Positions 49,317 to 59,189 of a DNA stretch of 64,000 bases are shown here, in pieces (within the stretch, counting starts at the first letter, position 1; every line of letters starts with the position of its first letter). This DNA comes from Promethearchaeia archaeon. GTDB lineage: Archaea; Asgardarchaeota; Lokiarchaeia; Sigyniarchaeales; SOKP01. A program made the position numbers and the translations under genes. Where the stretch lies: NCBI GenBank assembly GCA_046483985.1, contig JAWOCD010000016.1:1-64000 (forward strand), read 5' to 3'. The notes beneath the pieces were generated by a model. The model was not told the origin of the DNA and did no database searches. It was given only the letters and a program-made list of their open reading frames with translations.

Positions 49317-51119
49317 ATGGGTTTATTCAGCAGAAAGAAAGATAAGGATAAAGAAGAACCAAAAAGGCGCAGTAAGAATATTTTTGATTTCGGTGACTCA
49401 GAAGAAAAAGAAGAAGCTTCACAAGAGAGCAATGCTTCTACCATACCATTTGAAGGAGGAGGAGAAGGAGAAGGAGGTTATGAAGAACCTGAAGTCACAG
49501 AAAAGAGAAAAGAAAAACCTACAAAGAGAGAAGTAGAACCCGGATTGCCAGAAGGAGTAGAATTAGGAGAAAAAAAGAGTTGGGAAAATGATAAACTATT
49601 TGTCGGAGAAGATTATAGAGAAGTGTTCTCTTGGGAATATGATCGAACTTGGCAAGAAATATTATCTGATACCCAACGATGGAAACCAATGCCTTTTACT
49701 TTAGGAATAGAACAAGAACTAATCATAGCTTACGAGGACGGCTCTTATCCTCCAGGAGAAGAAATGGTTTATCGGATGAAGGAAATTGTAAAGGATGCAA
49801 TGCGGATTATGAAACAAATAGTTAACGGGGAACGTAATGATTTCCTACCGATCCCCAATTATATCAGAGAGAAAGTTAAAAAGATTTACGGAAAGCAAGA
49901 TAAAGAAAAAGGATATGTAATGGATATTGGCTATAGATTGCCCAACGGTTCTTCAAATTCCCAAGTGGACATCGATACATTCGGAAGGGACGGAAATGTA
50001 ACTGCAATTACCTATATTTTGGAATTAGTTACCCCTCCTTGCGAATATATTGAAGAATTAGCATATTGGGCAAGTACTCTCTTTTTGTTAGCTAAAAAAA
50101 CTCTTCCCTCAGATCTGCATATTATCGCGTCAGGGATAAATCCGGCACCAAAGAATTATATGAGAGGCTTAACGCAAGCTGATCATTTTCATATAGATCT
50201 GTTCAAGAGTGATACAGAAAAAGCAATGGTCTATTGTATGCTTAGAAATTATATCCCTCATTTAATTGCTCTTTCCGTTAATTCTCCAATTATAAATAAT
50301 AAGCCAACTGACGTTGTTAAAGTTATCAAGGAGCGAATTGCAGCCCCTAATTGTATTCGTTCTTTACGGTTAAAACATAATGCTAGTATGTTATCTACGA
50401 ACGTGCCTGATGGATTTCTCCCTTATCTTACAACAACTGGCAAAGAGGGTCAAGAGAAATTTTTGAAGGCAGTTAAAAAAGCTAGTCTGGAAGATGGGCG
50501 AATGCAAGACATATTTCCTTTCACTGAATTTGGAACGATTGAATTTCGAGTGTCCGATGCACAAATTTCAATCTGTAGAAGAATTGGAATGGCGATGATA
50601 ATTCAAGCTCTTGCACTAAAAGCACGTAAATTGTTAAAGAAAGGGAATTGGGTCCCTAATGCTGGTGCAGCCACAATCTCAACAAATAGAAAGCGAGCTT
50701 ATGAACGGGGGCTAATCTCTTTATTTAGATTTAAAGACATTGATAGGGAATCTTTAGCGCAATATGATCCAGATTTTGCCAAGCAATATATGGGTCCGGA
50801 GGAGGATCCTGTTCGGTATATGACGCAAGCAGTCCAGAGGATGTTTATTTATATCCAGCCAGAGTTAAAAGAATTGGGTTTCTTATACTCTCCTTTCTTA
50901 AAGCCTTTACTTCAATCGGTCTTTGGAAGCGTAACTTATGCGAAACCGCCCATCACCGAAGCAGAGTATCAATTATCCCTTTATGATTATAAGGTTAAAC
51001 AAGGAGAAGAACCAAATGTATTGAAAGATCTAATCTATTTTACAGTACAATATTGCCAAGATCCTTTAAATAATCCTTTAACAGGAACACTTACATTACC
51101 AAAAGAAATGAGACGGTAA
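49317..51119 (+). CDS. Glutamate-cysteine ligase family 2 (GCS2/YbdK-like carboxylate-amine ligase) with a long disordered N-terminus
   Basis: TLGIEQELII, LELVTPPC, HFHID, LIALSVNSP, TIEFRVSDAQ. Confidence 0.85.
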   Translation: MGLFSRKKDKDKEEPKRRSKNIFDFGDSEEKEEASQESNASTIPFEGGGEGEGGYEEPEVTEKRKEKPTKREVEPGLPEGVELGEKKSWENDKLFVGEDYREVFSWEYDRTWQEILSDTQRWKPMPFTLGIEQELIIAYEDGSYPPGEEMVYRMKEIVKDAMRIMKQIVNGERNDFLPIPNYIREKVKKIYGKQDKEKGYVMDIGYRLPNGSSNSQVDIDTFGRDGNVTAITYILELVTPPCEYIEELAYWASTLFLLAKKTLPSDLHIIASGINPAPKNYMRGLTQADHFHIDLFKSDTEKAMVYCMLRNYIPHLIALSVNSPIINNKPTDVVKVIKERIAAPNCIRSLRLKHNASMLSTNVPDGFLPYLTTTGKEGQEKFLKAVKKASLEDGRMQDIFPFTEFGTIEFRVSDAQISICRRIGMAMIIQALALKARKLLKKGNWVPNAGAATISTNRKRAYERGLISLFRFKDIDRESLAQYDPDFAKQYMGPEEDPVRYMTQAVQRMFIYIQPELKELGFLYSPFLKPLLQSVFGSVTYAKPPITEAEYQLSLYDYKVKQGEEPNVLKDLIYFTVQYCQDPLNNPLTGTLTLPKEMRR

Positions 51120-51165
51120 TGAATTATATTAATAATGAAAAACCAAATAATTACAAATAAGTAAA

Positions 51166-52716
51166 ATGCTGAGAGCAACTATTGAAAAAAATGGGAAGAA
51201 AACAATAGAAGATTTTATTGTAATCGATTCGCACAGCCATTTAGGTCAAGATGAAGATGGGGCTGCAATGATGAATCCGTTGGCGCCAGGGTCTGGAAGT
51301 TTTGATTTTTGGAGTAAAATACAAGGAAAATTAAAGACAGAATTAGAAAAACACGATGAAATGTCTTTCTCTACTACTATTGATGGAACTCCGACCAAAC
51401 TCTCATGGGCCTTTGAAACCTTTCCCTTTTTTAATGAAATTTATGACTCCTTGGAGAATGTTGGGAAAAGACACGCACATCTGAAGGAACAAACAAAATT
51501 TAGTTCCTTAGTAGACCAAGCCGTTGTCTTTCCCTTTCAAGATATATTTCGAGCAAAAAACAGCGAAGCGCGTTATAGGGCAAGCAATTTAAACGTGTCG
51601 AGATTCACGACGCGATTCCCCTTCTCTACTCGGTTGATTGGCTATTGCAGAGTAGACCCCCAAGAGGGGAAAAAAGCTGTTAATGAAGTAAAATATGCCA
51701 GAGAAGTTCTCGGATTAAGGGGATTAAAACTTCACCCTCGTTCTGAAGGGTGGGTAGATAAAGTAACCACCGATTTGGCTGTTGATTGTATGGTTGAAGC
51801 GGCAAAACATTCTATGCCCATTATTTTTGATACAAGAGGGAAAAGGACAATAATGGATATTGGAGTTTTAATTTCAAATGCTCGGAATGCCATTAAGCAA
51901 AATTATCCCGAGTTCTTGCCTCATCTAAAGGTTATCATTGCTCATTTCGCTCAAGGAAATGTGGGAGATTATGAGGTTTATAATACGATAGTTCAGCCTA
52001 ATACTTATGGAGACCTTTCTATGCTTCATGGTGAAGGAGCGGGTAATTTTTTCAGTGATTTTCGTGAATGGTTCAAGCAAAATAAGAAAAAACGGGTGGA
52101 TGGAAGAGATTGGTCCGAATATTTATTATTTGCTACCGATTATCCCTATTTTGGAGCTGTTCATGCTGAAAAACTTCTTATTTATATAATTAATAAGCAA
52201 TTTTTCGAAACTGGAGGGACTCTAAGGGACACTAAGAATATTCTCGGTTTAAATCAATTAAAGATTTTACCAGAATATAATCTTCCTTTTGAACATAAAA
52301 ATTCAAAACCATTACCGAGTACTATAGTATCAACTTTGAAAAATCAACAAAAGAAAAAAACTGCGTATAAAATGGCGTTAGATGCCCTTGCTGAAGCTAT
52401 TGGTGACAATAAAATTGATATTAAGAATTTTAGGTTTCAATTTCGAGAATCTTGGGATAATTTATCCGAGGAAGTTACTCTGACGGCGACTCCAAAAGGA
52501 TCAGAAGAAGAAATTCCCTTGCAAATAATTAATTTAATCAAGGATAAGATCACATTAGTGGGTTCTCTTAATCCCAACATGAAATGGTCTAAATTTGGCT
52601 ATAAATATTTCAATCCCGAAGACCGCGCATCATTTGCCTCGTTATTTGATACATGCTACTTGGGAACAGACCAAAACTCAGTTAAGCAAGGTTTAAATCA
52701 AATTATTGATAGTTAA
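51166..52716 (+). CDS. Amidohydrolase (Amidohydro_2-like) with a C-terminal extension
   Basis: IDSHSHLG, GLKLHP, IIAHF, LFATDYPY. Confidence 0.87.
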   Translation: MLRATIEKNGKKTIEDFIVIDSHSHLGQDEDGAAMMNPLAPGSGSFDFWSKIQGKLKTELEKHDEMSFSTTIDGTPTKLSWAFETFPFFNEIYDSLENVGKRHAHLKEQTKFSSLVDQAVVFPFQDIFRAKNSEARYRASNLNVSRFTTRFPFSTRLIGYCRVDPQEGKKAVNEVKYAREVLGLRGLKLHPRSEGWVDKVTTDLAVDCMVEAAKHSMPIIFDTRGKRTIMDIGVLISNARNAIKQNYPEFLPHLKVIIAHFAQGNVGDYEVYNTIVQPNTYGDLSMLHGEGAGNFFSDFREWFKQNKKKRVDGRDWSEYLLFATDYPYFGAVHAEKLLIYIINKQFFETGGTLRDTKNILGLNQLKILPEYNLPFEHKNSKPLPSTIVSTLKNQQKKKTAYKMALDALAEAIGDNKIDIKNFRFQFRESWDNLSEEVTLTATPKGSEEEIPLQIINLIKDKITLVGSLNPNMKWSKFGYKYFNPEDRASFASLFDTCYLGTDQNSVKQGLNQIIDS

Positions 52717-52803
52717 CCAACCTCTATTGTCAAAGGTAAGGATCCGCATTAGGGAATGTGAAATCCATGCCTTTAGGCGTGAATTTTTTTTTTTTTTTTT
52801 TTT
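52715..52803 (+). mobile_element. Decayed IS omega-RNA/right-end copy followed by a ~20-T tract (possible terminator)
   Basis: AACCAACCTCTATTGTC..GCATTAG..CCATGCCTTTAGGCGTG aligns by eye with 31352-31420; T run at 52784-52803. Confidence 0.7.
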
Positions 52804-52890
52804 CAATCAAAAAAATAAAATAGGTTCAATTAATAATTATTATATCGTAATACAAATTTGAAACAAAATCAATTTTAAAGTGATCTTAGA

Positions 52891-54195
52891 TTGAAAGGAA
52901 TAATGATTATCGGATTTAACAAATCCCCTGGAGCTTATATTGATTCTCAGCATCCCGATGATATTTCAGAGAGGTTGAATGTGAAAACTTCTGATTTGAT
53001 GAATATTTATGCACTCCACCGAATGAGAAATATGGAACCAAATTTCATCCAAATGAAGATAAAAAAGGTTAGTGTAGCCAGTTTTTATACGGGCTTTAGT
53101 TCTAAGCATTATGTGGGTAAACCAGATTTTGCAATCACGGTGTTTCTTTCGGATGATGAGAATCCCGATAAGGAGTTTGAAGGAATGTTACGGAGAATGG
53201 CTAACGAGTTATTACCAGAAAGAGATTCACTGACGTTTGACCAAGATCTTCTCTCTTTTTACGAAGATTTGAAAAGTGAGCGTATTGAACCCTATTGGGA
53301 AGAGGTTATCGAAGGAGAAGGGAGCAAAATCGCCACCATCCATGGGGAGAAAGAGGCTCCGGAAAAAGTTTCCGGGAAACCGAAATCTGAGGAAGAAACG
53401 TTTGAGTTTGAAGAGTTAGATTTTGATGAACAATTTGAGAATTTTGAGAAAGAGGAATTAAAAGAAGAACTAGAAGAGCTGCAAGAATTGGTTACTCAAA
53501 AAAATAAAAAGATAAGAGAACTTACCAAGAAAATCACCGAGGAAATCTCAGAAAAATCAGAACATACTGAAGAAGTGAATATGTTAAAGGAACAGTTAGA
53601 AGAGAAAAATAAAAAGATAGAGGAATGGAGTGATAAGTTGGTAGACCTCAATGAGAAAAATACAATACTTCAAGAAACGGTACGTAAACTTACCGAAATG
53701 TCCAATCAACAGACTGAAGAGATGGAACAACAAGCTCAAACAATAGGGAAACTGAAAAAGGACCTCAAAAAGAAAGAGGAAAACATCTCAGAGAGGGAAT
53801 CGACCATCGATGAATTAAATAAAGAATTAGAGAACGCAAAAGCAAGGGCTACGGAGAGAGAGGAACAGAGGGTACAACTCCAAGAAAAGCAAGAGAAAAT
53901 TAGAGATTTAAGCCAACAATTTGATTCCCTTCAAGAAAAATATGACGAATTAGAGATTGAACGAAATAACCTAAAAGAGCGCTGCGACTCGCTTGAGGAA
54001 GATAATGAACTTCACTTGGAGACAATTTCTCATTTAAAATTGGATATTAAGGAATTAAAGGAACAATCCTCCTCAGAAGATGGAGTGTATGACGATCTTG
54101 CGGACCAGATTATTGATCTTAAGAAGGATATTAAGGTTCTTCGCCGCGAACGGGATCATTATAAACAAATAGTGAAAGAGAACGATCTGTTATAA
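52891..54195 (+). CDS. Longin/uDENN-like N-terminal domain plus a long coiled coil
   Basis: Globular N-terminal ~135 aa (GIMIIGFN..GAYI..VASFYTG); about 250 aa of E/K-rich heptads. Confidence 0.7.
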   Translation: MKGIMIIGFNKSPGAYIDSQHPDDISERLNVKTSDLMNIYALHRMRNMEPNFIQMKIKKVSVASFYTGFSSKHYVGKPDFAITVFLSDDENPDKEFEGMLRRMANELLPERDSLTFDQDLLSFYEDLKSERIEPYWEEVIEGEGSKIATIHGEKEAPEKVSGKPKSEEETFEFEELDFDEQFENFEKEELKEELEELQELVTQKNKKIRELTKKITEEISEKSEHTEEVNMLKEQLEEKNKKIEEWSDKLVDLNEKNTILQETVRKLTEMSNQQTEEMEQQAQTIGKLKKDLKKKEENISERESTIDELNKELENAKARATEREEQRVQLQEKQEKIRDLSQQFDSLQEKYDELEIERNNLKERCDSLEEDNELHLETISHLKLDIKELKEQSSSEDGVYDDLADQIIDLKKDIKVLRRERDHYKQIVKENDLL

Positions 54196-54490
54196 CTCGG
54201 GCTTTTAAAAATCAAACAATAATATTTTTTGCGTCCCTTTTCGGTTTTTTATAGCATTATTCAAAAAAAGACGCTTCTTCCTTTCCTAACGCATATCTCA
54301 TATTTTTGAGAGGAAGAGTTGTATGTGAAATCCAAACTAATAAATACCTACAATAACATAAATATATTAATAAGAATTATTTATTGAAGATTAAATAGTT
54401 TTTATACGATTAAAATTATATATATTATAACAGAATTAGAGTATTTATAAAACAATAAGTTAATATAAAATTCTGAAAAGGTGAATTAAA

Positions 54491-54946
54491 ATTAGTTTAG
54501 ACACACAAAGCTTCGATGAAATCCTCAGTAAGATTATTAAAAGCGAAAGCGGCATTAAAAAAGTTATTTTGGTCGATAGGACTGGACTTACAATCGCAAG
54601 CGTTTCTAAATTTAGTTATTTTCCTGCAGATGTTGATGGGATTGGAGCAATTGCGAGCGCAGTATTCTGTGCTTCCGAAGAACAAGGGAAAAACTTGGAA
54701 TTAGGGGATTTGGATATTGTCACTAGTGAATTCTCAGGGGGAAAGATTTTTGCAGCCAGCTGTGGTCCAAAAGGTGTGTTATGTTTAATTTCTGATCCCG
54801 AGATTAATATTGGATTAATTCGATTAATCCTAAAACGTTCTGGAGAGGAACTCAGAGAAATCTTAGACGAATTTCTCTCAGAAGTACCAGAGACTTTGGA
54901 TAGTGGGTTAGATCTGTCTGACTTGGACGAGCTTACGCCAGACTGA
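54491..54946 (+). CDS. Roadblock/LC7 domain protein, probable ATT start
   Basis: Frame open upstream as ISLDTQSFDEILSKIIKSESGIKKVILVDRTGLTIAS, the first helix of the fold; GGTGA lies 6 nt before the ATT; in-frame TGA at 54482. Confidence 0.88.
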   Translation: MSLDTQSFDEILSKIIKSESGIKKVILVDRTGLTIASVSKFSYFPADVDGIGAIASAVFCASEEQGKNLELGDLDIVTSEFSGGKIFAASCGPKGVLCLISDPEINIGLIRLILKRSGEELREILDEFLSEVPETLDSGLDLSDLDELTPD

Positions 54947-55227
54947 ATAAAAATTAATTTTTTTATCTTCTTTTATTACGCTTAACTCACATCATGAAAC
55001 TGCTAAGGGGATTCTACATCTCTTAATTAATTTAAAAATGGGCGAACGTGAATGAACTTTTTTTACCACTAGAGTGCGAGAAATCATCGTCTCTTTTTTA
55101 ATTTAGTTAACAGACGCATTTAAAATGAGGCGAATCTAACCAATTATTTTTTGGGTCGAAAGGCGTTTAAGTAAATTTTAAAGTAAAAGCTAATACTCAA
55201 TTCTAATGAAAATAAGGGAAGGGAGAG

Positions 55228-55611
55228 TTATTTATACCCTTTTCGGACCAATATCGTGCCCAGAATCAGTAATGTTGGTGCGCTAAACTTCATAAAGATC
55301 CGCGTAAAAGGCAACGCTGCTAAAAGATGCACGACCGTGGGGGCGTCAAATCCGCTCCCGAATACAATAAGAACTAATCCAGCGGTAATTAACAAGGCAC
55401 GTGTTCTGGCATCTCCCATACTCTGAGAGGCAATATATAAATAAAACACCGCAACGCCAAAGATCATAATAATATAGAGCGGCGCAAGAATATATAAAGG
55501 TACTGGCACGGAATAATTCACAATCGATAAAATAATAACCACTATGACAAGAATACTAAAGATATAATGCGTTTGCTTCAAGGTGGTCCGCTCTATGAAA
55601 AAATAGAACAA
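55228..55611 (-). CDS. Membrane protein, possibly a 5'-truncated fragment
   Basis: Four hydrophobic segments resembling the C-terminal half of the 25848 protein type. Confidence 0.5.
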   Translation of the reverse strand: MFYFFIERTTLKQTHYIFSILVIVVIILSIVNYSVPVPLYILAPLYIIMIFGVAVFYLYIASQSMGDARTRALLITAGLVLIVFGSGFDAPTVVHLLAALPFTRIFMKFSAPTLLILGTILVRKGYK

Positions 55612-55670
55612 AAATAATCTTTAAGTTTTTGACTGGAGATGGAATAATTCATAATCTTCAGTATAATGTA

Positions 55671-57089
55671 TTATTTTGGTCGAAAGTCCTTTATTAGTTT
55701 TGTAGTATTGTGTTCCATTGATTTTTGAACGGCAAATCCCATATAATGAGATTCCATTGCGCTTGAAATGGTGGTCAATCCCGCTTCTTCAGCCGTTTTT
55801 TCACCTAATAAGACCGCCGTGAATTGGTCCATTAGGAGAGAATCTGCCCCTCCATGATCCCCCTCTAAACTCGCACCGGATTCATGGACAACTTCCTTAT
55901 TGCGATATCGAAAATCTGTGATCCATAATTTTTCTCCATAATGCCGAAAATAACCCCTTAAGGTTCCCTTTGTCCCAAAAACGCGTAATTCCCGTCCTTC
56001 GTGTTCTGAAAGGCCATGAACTGTTAAAGTACCGGTGGTTCCGGAAGGGAATTGGAAGGTAGCGACTAAATGATCCACGACATTATTTCCGCATTTATAG
56101 ATACATTTTCCGAATTGTCCTTTGCGGAGTGCTTTCATCTTTCCCTCTGTGGAAAGATCAGCGCCCAAGGCAATTGCGGGAAAATACTGCCAATTCAACA
56201 CGGTACGGATGCGTGGGATAAAATAGCTCAGAAATTTTACAAATTTCCGGTGTTTTAGGATCAAATTCGCTCCGAATCTTAACAAGGCGGAATCAGATTC
56301 GGTGCCAATTCGAATCAGTTCTTCTCCTCTCATATATATTCGCGGAGCATACCAAGGACACTTTTTTGCATGGGGACATCCGTCAGTGCACCGTTCTGGA
56401 GCATCTAAAGGCGCATATTCCTCTTTATAGAAGGTTAAATCCCCTGTTGCTTTGACTTCTTGAGGTTTTCCCAAATTCCAGTACATTAAATCAAGATCGT
56501 GACAGGATTTTGCTAAGATCAAGGGATTGGATTCTTCTTTCTTTTTGTAAAACCCGCGCACATAAGAATGTCCAAAATGCCAGTATGATACATTCTCAGA
56601 ATGCTCATAGTGGATAACTTTTCCAATTCGTCCGGATTCAATTACCTCATGTACCTTTTTCCAGAAAGGGTGGAACCGGAGTACATGCCCAACTTGAACA
56701 ATTGTTCCCATTTCTTTTGCCTTTTTTTCTAAGTCCTGGCATTGTTGGAGGGAGGGTGCTATTGGTTTTTCTAATAAGAGGTGATATCCCAAATCTAATG
56801 CTTCCATTGCCGGCTCATAATGAAGCCTATCCCCCATACATACAAATGCGGCATCAGCCATTTTTCCTTGATTTAACAGATCTACCCAAGTATCAAATGC
56901 CCGTTCATCTGGAATATTATGCTCTTCTTGAAATTTCTGGCGTTTTTGTATATCGGGTTCTGCAATTCCGATAAAATTTATACGGTCGGGATGGTTTTGT
57001 CCGTACATCCCATATGCATGTCGCCCGCGGGTACCGGCACCCATCATAACGGCAGTAACTGGTTTTTTTCCGCTAGTTTGTTCATCCAT
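55671..57089 (-). CDS. Gfo/Idh/MocA-family oxidoreductase
   Basis: MGAGTRG, LLEKP, GHVLR, HSYVRG, LAKSCHDLD, HGGAD; ATG at 57089 preferred. Confidence 0.92.
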   Translation of the reverse strand: MDEQTSGKKPVTAVMMGAGTRGRHAYGMYGQNHPDRINFIGIAEPDIQKRQKFQEEHNIPDERAFDTWVDLLNQGKMADAAFVCMGDRLHYEPAMEALDLGYHLLLEKPIAPSLQQCQDLEKKAKEMGTIVQVGHVLRFHPFWKKVHEVIESGRIGKVIHYEHSENVSYWHFGHSYVRGFYKKKEESNPLILAKSCHDLDLMYWNLGKPQEVKATGDLTFYKEEYAPLDAPERCTDGCPHAKKCPWYAPRIYMRGEELIRIGTESDSALLRFGANLILKHRKFVKFLSYFIPRIRTVLNWQYFPAIALGADLSTEGKMKALRKGQFGKCIYKCGNNVVDHLVATFQFPSGTTGTLTVHGLSEHEGRELRVFGTKGTLRGYFRHYGEKLWITDFRYRNKEVVHESGASLEGDHGGADSLLMDQFTAVLLGEKTAEEAGLTTISSAMESHYMGFAVQKSMEHNTTKLIKDFRPK

Positions 57090-57125
57090 ATAATTTAAAA
57101 TTTGCAATCATTATTGAGTATTATT

Positions 57126-57929
57126 ATGGATTTAGGATTAATCAATAAAAATGTAGTCGTGCTTGCTTCCAGCAAGGGATTGGGTTTGGCATGTGCAAAG
57201 CAGTTATATCGAGAAGGAGCAAATGTCCTTATTTGCAGCCGGTCGGAAGAAAATCTCAAAAATGCGAAGGAAGAGATTAAAAAAGAAGATTCGCTTAGTA
57301 CGGATAATTCTGTGGAGTATATGGTGGCAAATTTATTGTATGAAAAAGATATTAATAATTTGGTCGAATATTGCCTTGAGCGATTTGAAACTATTGATAT
57401 CTTGGTACATAACGCGGGAGGTCCTCCTGTGGGACCCGTGGAGGAAATCACCGAAGAGCAATGGACACACTCGATCAATTTAAACCTTCGCTCTTTCATT
57501 AGAATCTGTGATCTGCTATTACCTCAAATGCAAGAACAGAAAGGAGGAACTATTATTACTATTGCATCTGTCTCCGTGAAACAGCCGCTGGAAAATCTAG
57601 TGCTTTCAAATACAAATCGGTTGGGAGTGGTGGGCTATGCCAAAACGGTTGCAAATGAATACGCATCAGATAATATAAGAGTAAATGTGGTCTGTCCTGG
57701 ACCCACACTTACAGACCGGATGAAAGAACTTATTCAAAATAATATGGAGCAAACTGGGAAACCAGAAAAAGAAGTTAAGAAACAGTGGACAGACAAAATT
57801 CCTATGGGACGATTGGGAAGGCCAGAGGAGTTGGCTAATATGGTAACTTTTCTTGCATCAGACAAATCCAGCTATATCACTGGAACGGTAATTCAAGTAG
57901 ATGGCGGCTTTGTAAAGGCACCTTTTTAG
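57126..57929 (+). CDS. Short-chain dehydrogenase/reductase
   Basis: ASSKGLG, NAGGP, NVVCPG, GRLGRPEE, VDGG; ATG at 57126 preferred. Confidence 0.93.
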   Translation: MDLGLINKNVVVLASSKGLGLACAKQLYREGANVLICSRSEENLKNAKEEIKKEDSLSTDNSVEYMVANLLYEKDINNLVEYCLERFETIDILVHNAGGPPVGPVEEITEEQWTHSINLNLRSFIRICDLLLPQMQEQKGGTIITIASVSVKQPLENLVLSNTNRLGVVGYAKTVANEYASDNIRVNVVCPGPTLTDRMKELIQNNMEQTGKPEKEVKKQWTDKIPMGRLGRPEELANMVTFLASDKSSYITGTVIQVDGGFVKAPF

Positions 57930-57997
57930 CAGATAAAAGATCTATTAATAAACTTACCGATTGTTTTTTCTCCTGTCATTGGTCTTAATTAATGAGA

Positions 57998-59065
57998 TTA
58001 AAAGAAGTGTGGCTCTTCAATTCCTAAGTAATCTTTGATTAAATTCGTGACCTCCTCCTTCGTGCCCATATATGCCAATAGTTCATGGATGGCTTTTCCG
58101 TGTGAGGTGTTGTCGATAGTTTCAAACGGTGCCAATTGAAGTTCTATCTCTCCATATCTTAACTGCGGATCGTTTGGGGATTCGGAATTGTATGATTGAA
58201 TAACACCAATCTCCTCTCTTGGATGATCTCTTGCCACATCCCAACATTTTTCTTGACTTTCGGGGATATCCTCTGAGCGCTTTACCAGGAAGCCATACTC
58301 TTTGGATTCTGGCATTTTTATTACATACCCTATTTTTGATTTTCGACTATAATCTATATCTTCGGGCCGAATAGCGAGTTTATAGATATCCTGCACATCG
58401 ATTTTATATGCTACATAATTTTCCGTAATATGAAGTCGCTCTTGGGGGATCGTTCGGAAATAGGAGAGCGGTTTTGCTTTTTGCTTGGTTGGAATTAAGA
58501 CCGTTCCGGGATTTGACACTCCGCCACTGATGACATTAGCTAAGCTCCAGCCATTAATCTTTTGATCTGGCTTATATATCACGCAATCATCGATATATTG
58601 AAGTCCGCAATAGTCTAATCCTGTATCTTTAGGATCTGCAATAACAGAAAATTCTCTGGTAATTTCACCTGTTAACGTTTCATCCGTCCTCTGATTTTTT
58701 ATAAACAGCTTAGTAGAGAGCGTGCACATGTTGTCCCGTTGCCCTAAGACTTGATAATCCGCGGGATCCAATCCTTTCGGGCAAAACCAATTTTTCCAAT
58801 TCTCGGGGTCTTTATAGAAATAATCTTGTTCTGGACTAATCCAAAATCTATCTCCTCCAATTAATCGACTCTTTGTCTCGATCGCTTTTCGAATATTTGG
58901 GTCAATCCAAAGAAGGCTTTTTCCATCTTTCCGAGGGAAAAATCCCAATGGGCGTCCTCCATATTCAGAAATGACAACTTGGCCCCCCTGATCCGAATCC
59001 AATTCAATTAATGTGGTACTTTTTCCTATCTTATCAATTAAATCTTGCTTGGAAAAATAGTTCAT
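57998..59065 (-). CDS. Conserved hypothetical protein (DUF6786-like, aldose-epimerase-type fold)
   Basis: YGGRPLG, GGDRFWISPE, YGEIE. Confidence 0.6.
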   Translation of the reverse strand: MNYFSKQDLIDKIGKSTTLIELDSDQGGQVVISEYGGRPLGFFPRKDGKSLLWIDPNIRKAIETKSRLIGGDRFWISPEQDYFYKDPENWKNWFCPKGLDPADYQVLGQRDNMCTLSTKLFIKNQRTDETLTGEITREFSVIADPKDTGLDYCGLQYIDDCVIYKPDQKINGWSLANVISGGVSNPGTVLIPTKQKAKPLSYFRTIPQERLHITENYVAYKIDVQDIYKLAIRPEDIDYSRKSKIGYVIKMPESKEYGFLVKRSEDIPESQEKCWDVARDHPREEIGVIQSYNSESPNDPQLRYGEIELQLAPFETIDNTSHGKAIHELLAYMGTKEEVTNLIKDYLGIEEPHFF

Positions 59066-59189
59066 ATTATTATTTAGTATGAAACTTATAATAAAGATTA
59101 CATAAATAGATCTTAATCATGATTCCGAGCCCTAATAATCTTCTAAATGTCTTCTATCTTATCAATATAAAGAAGATTTTTTATTATAG

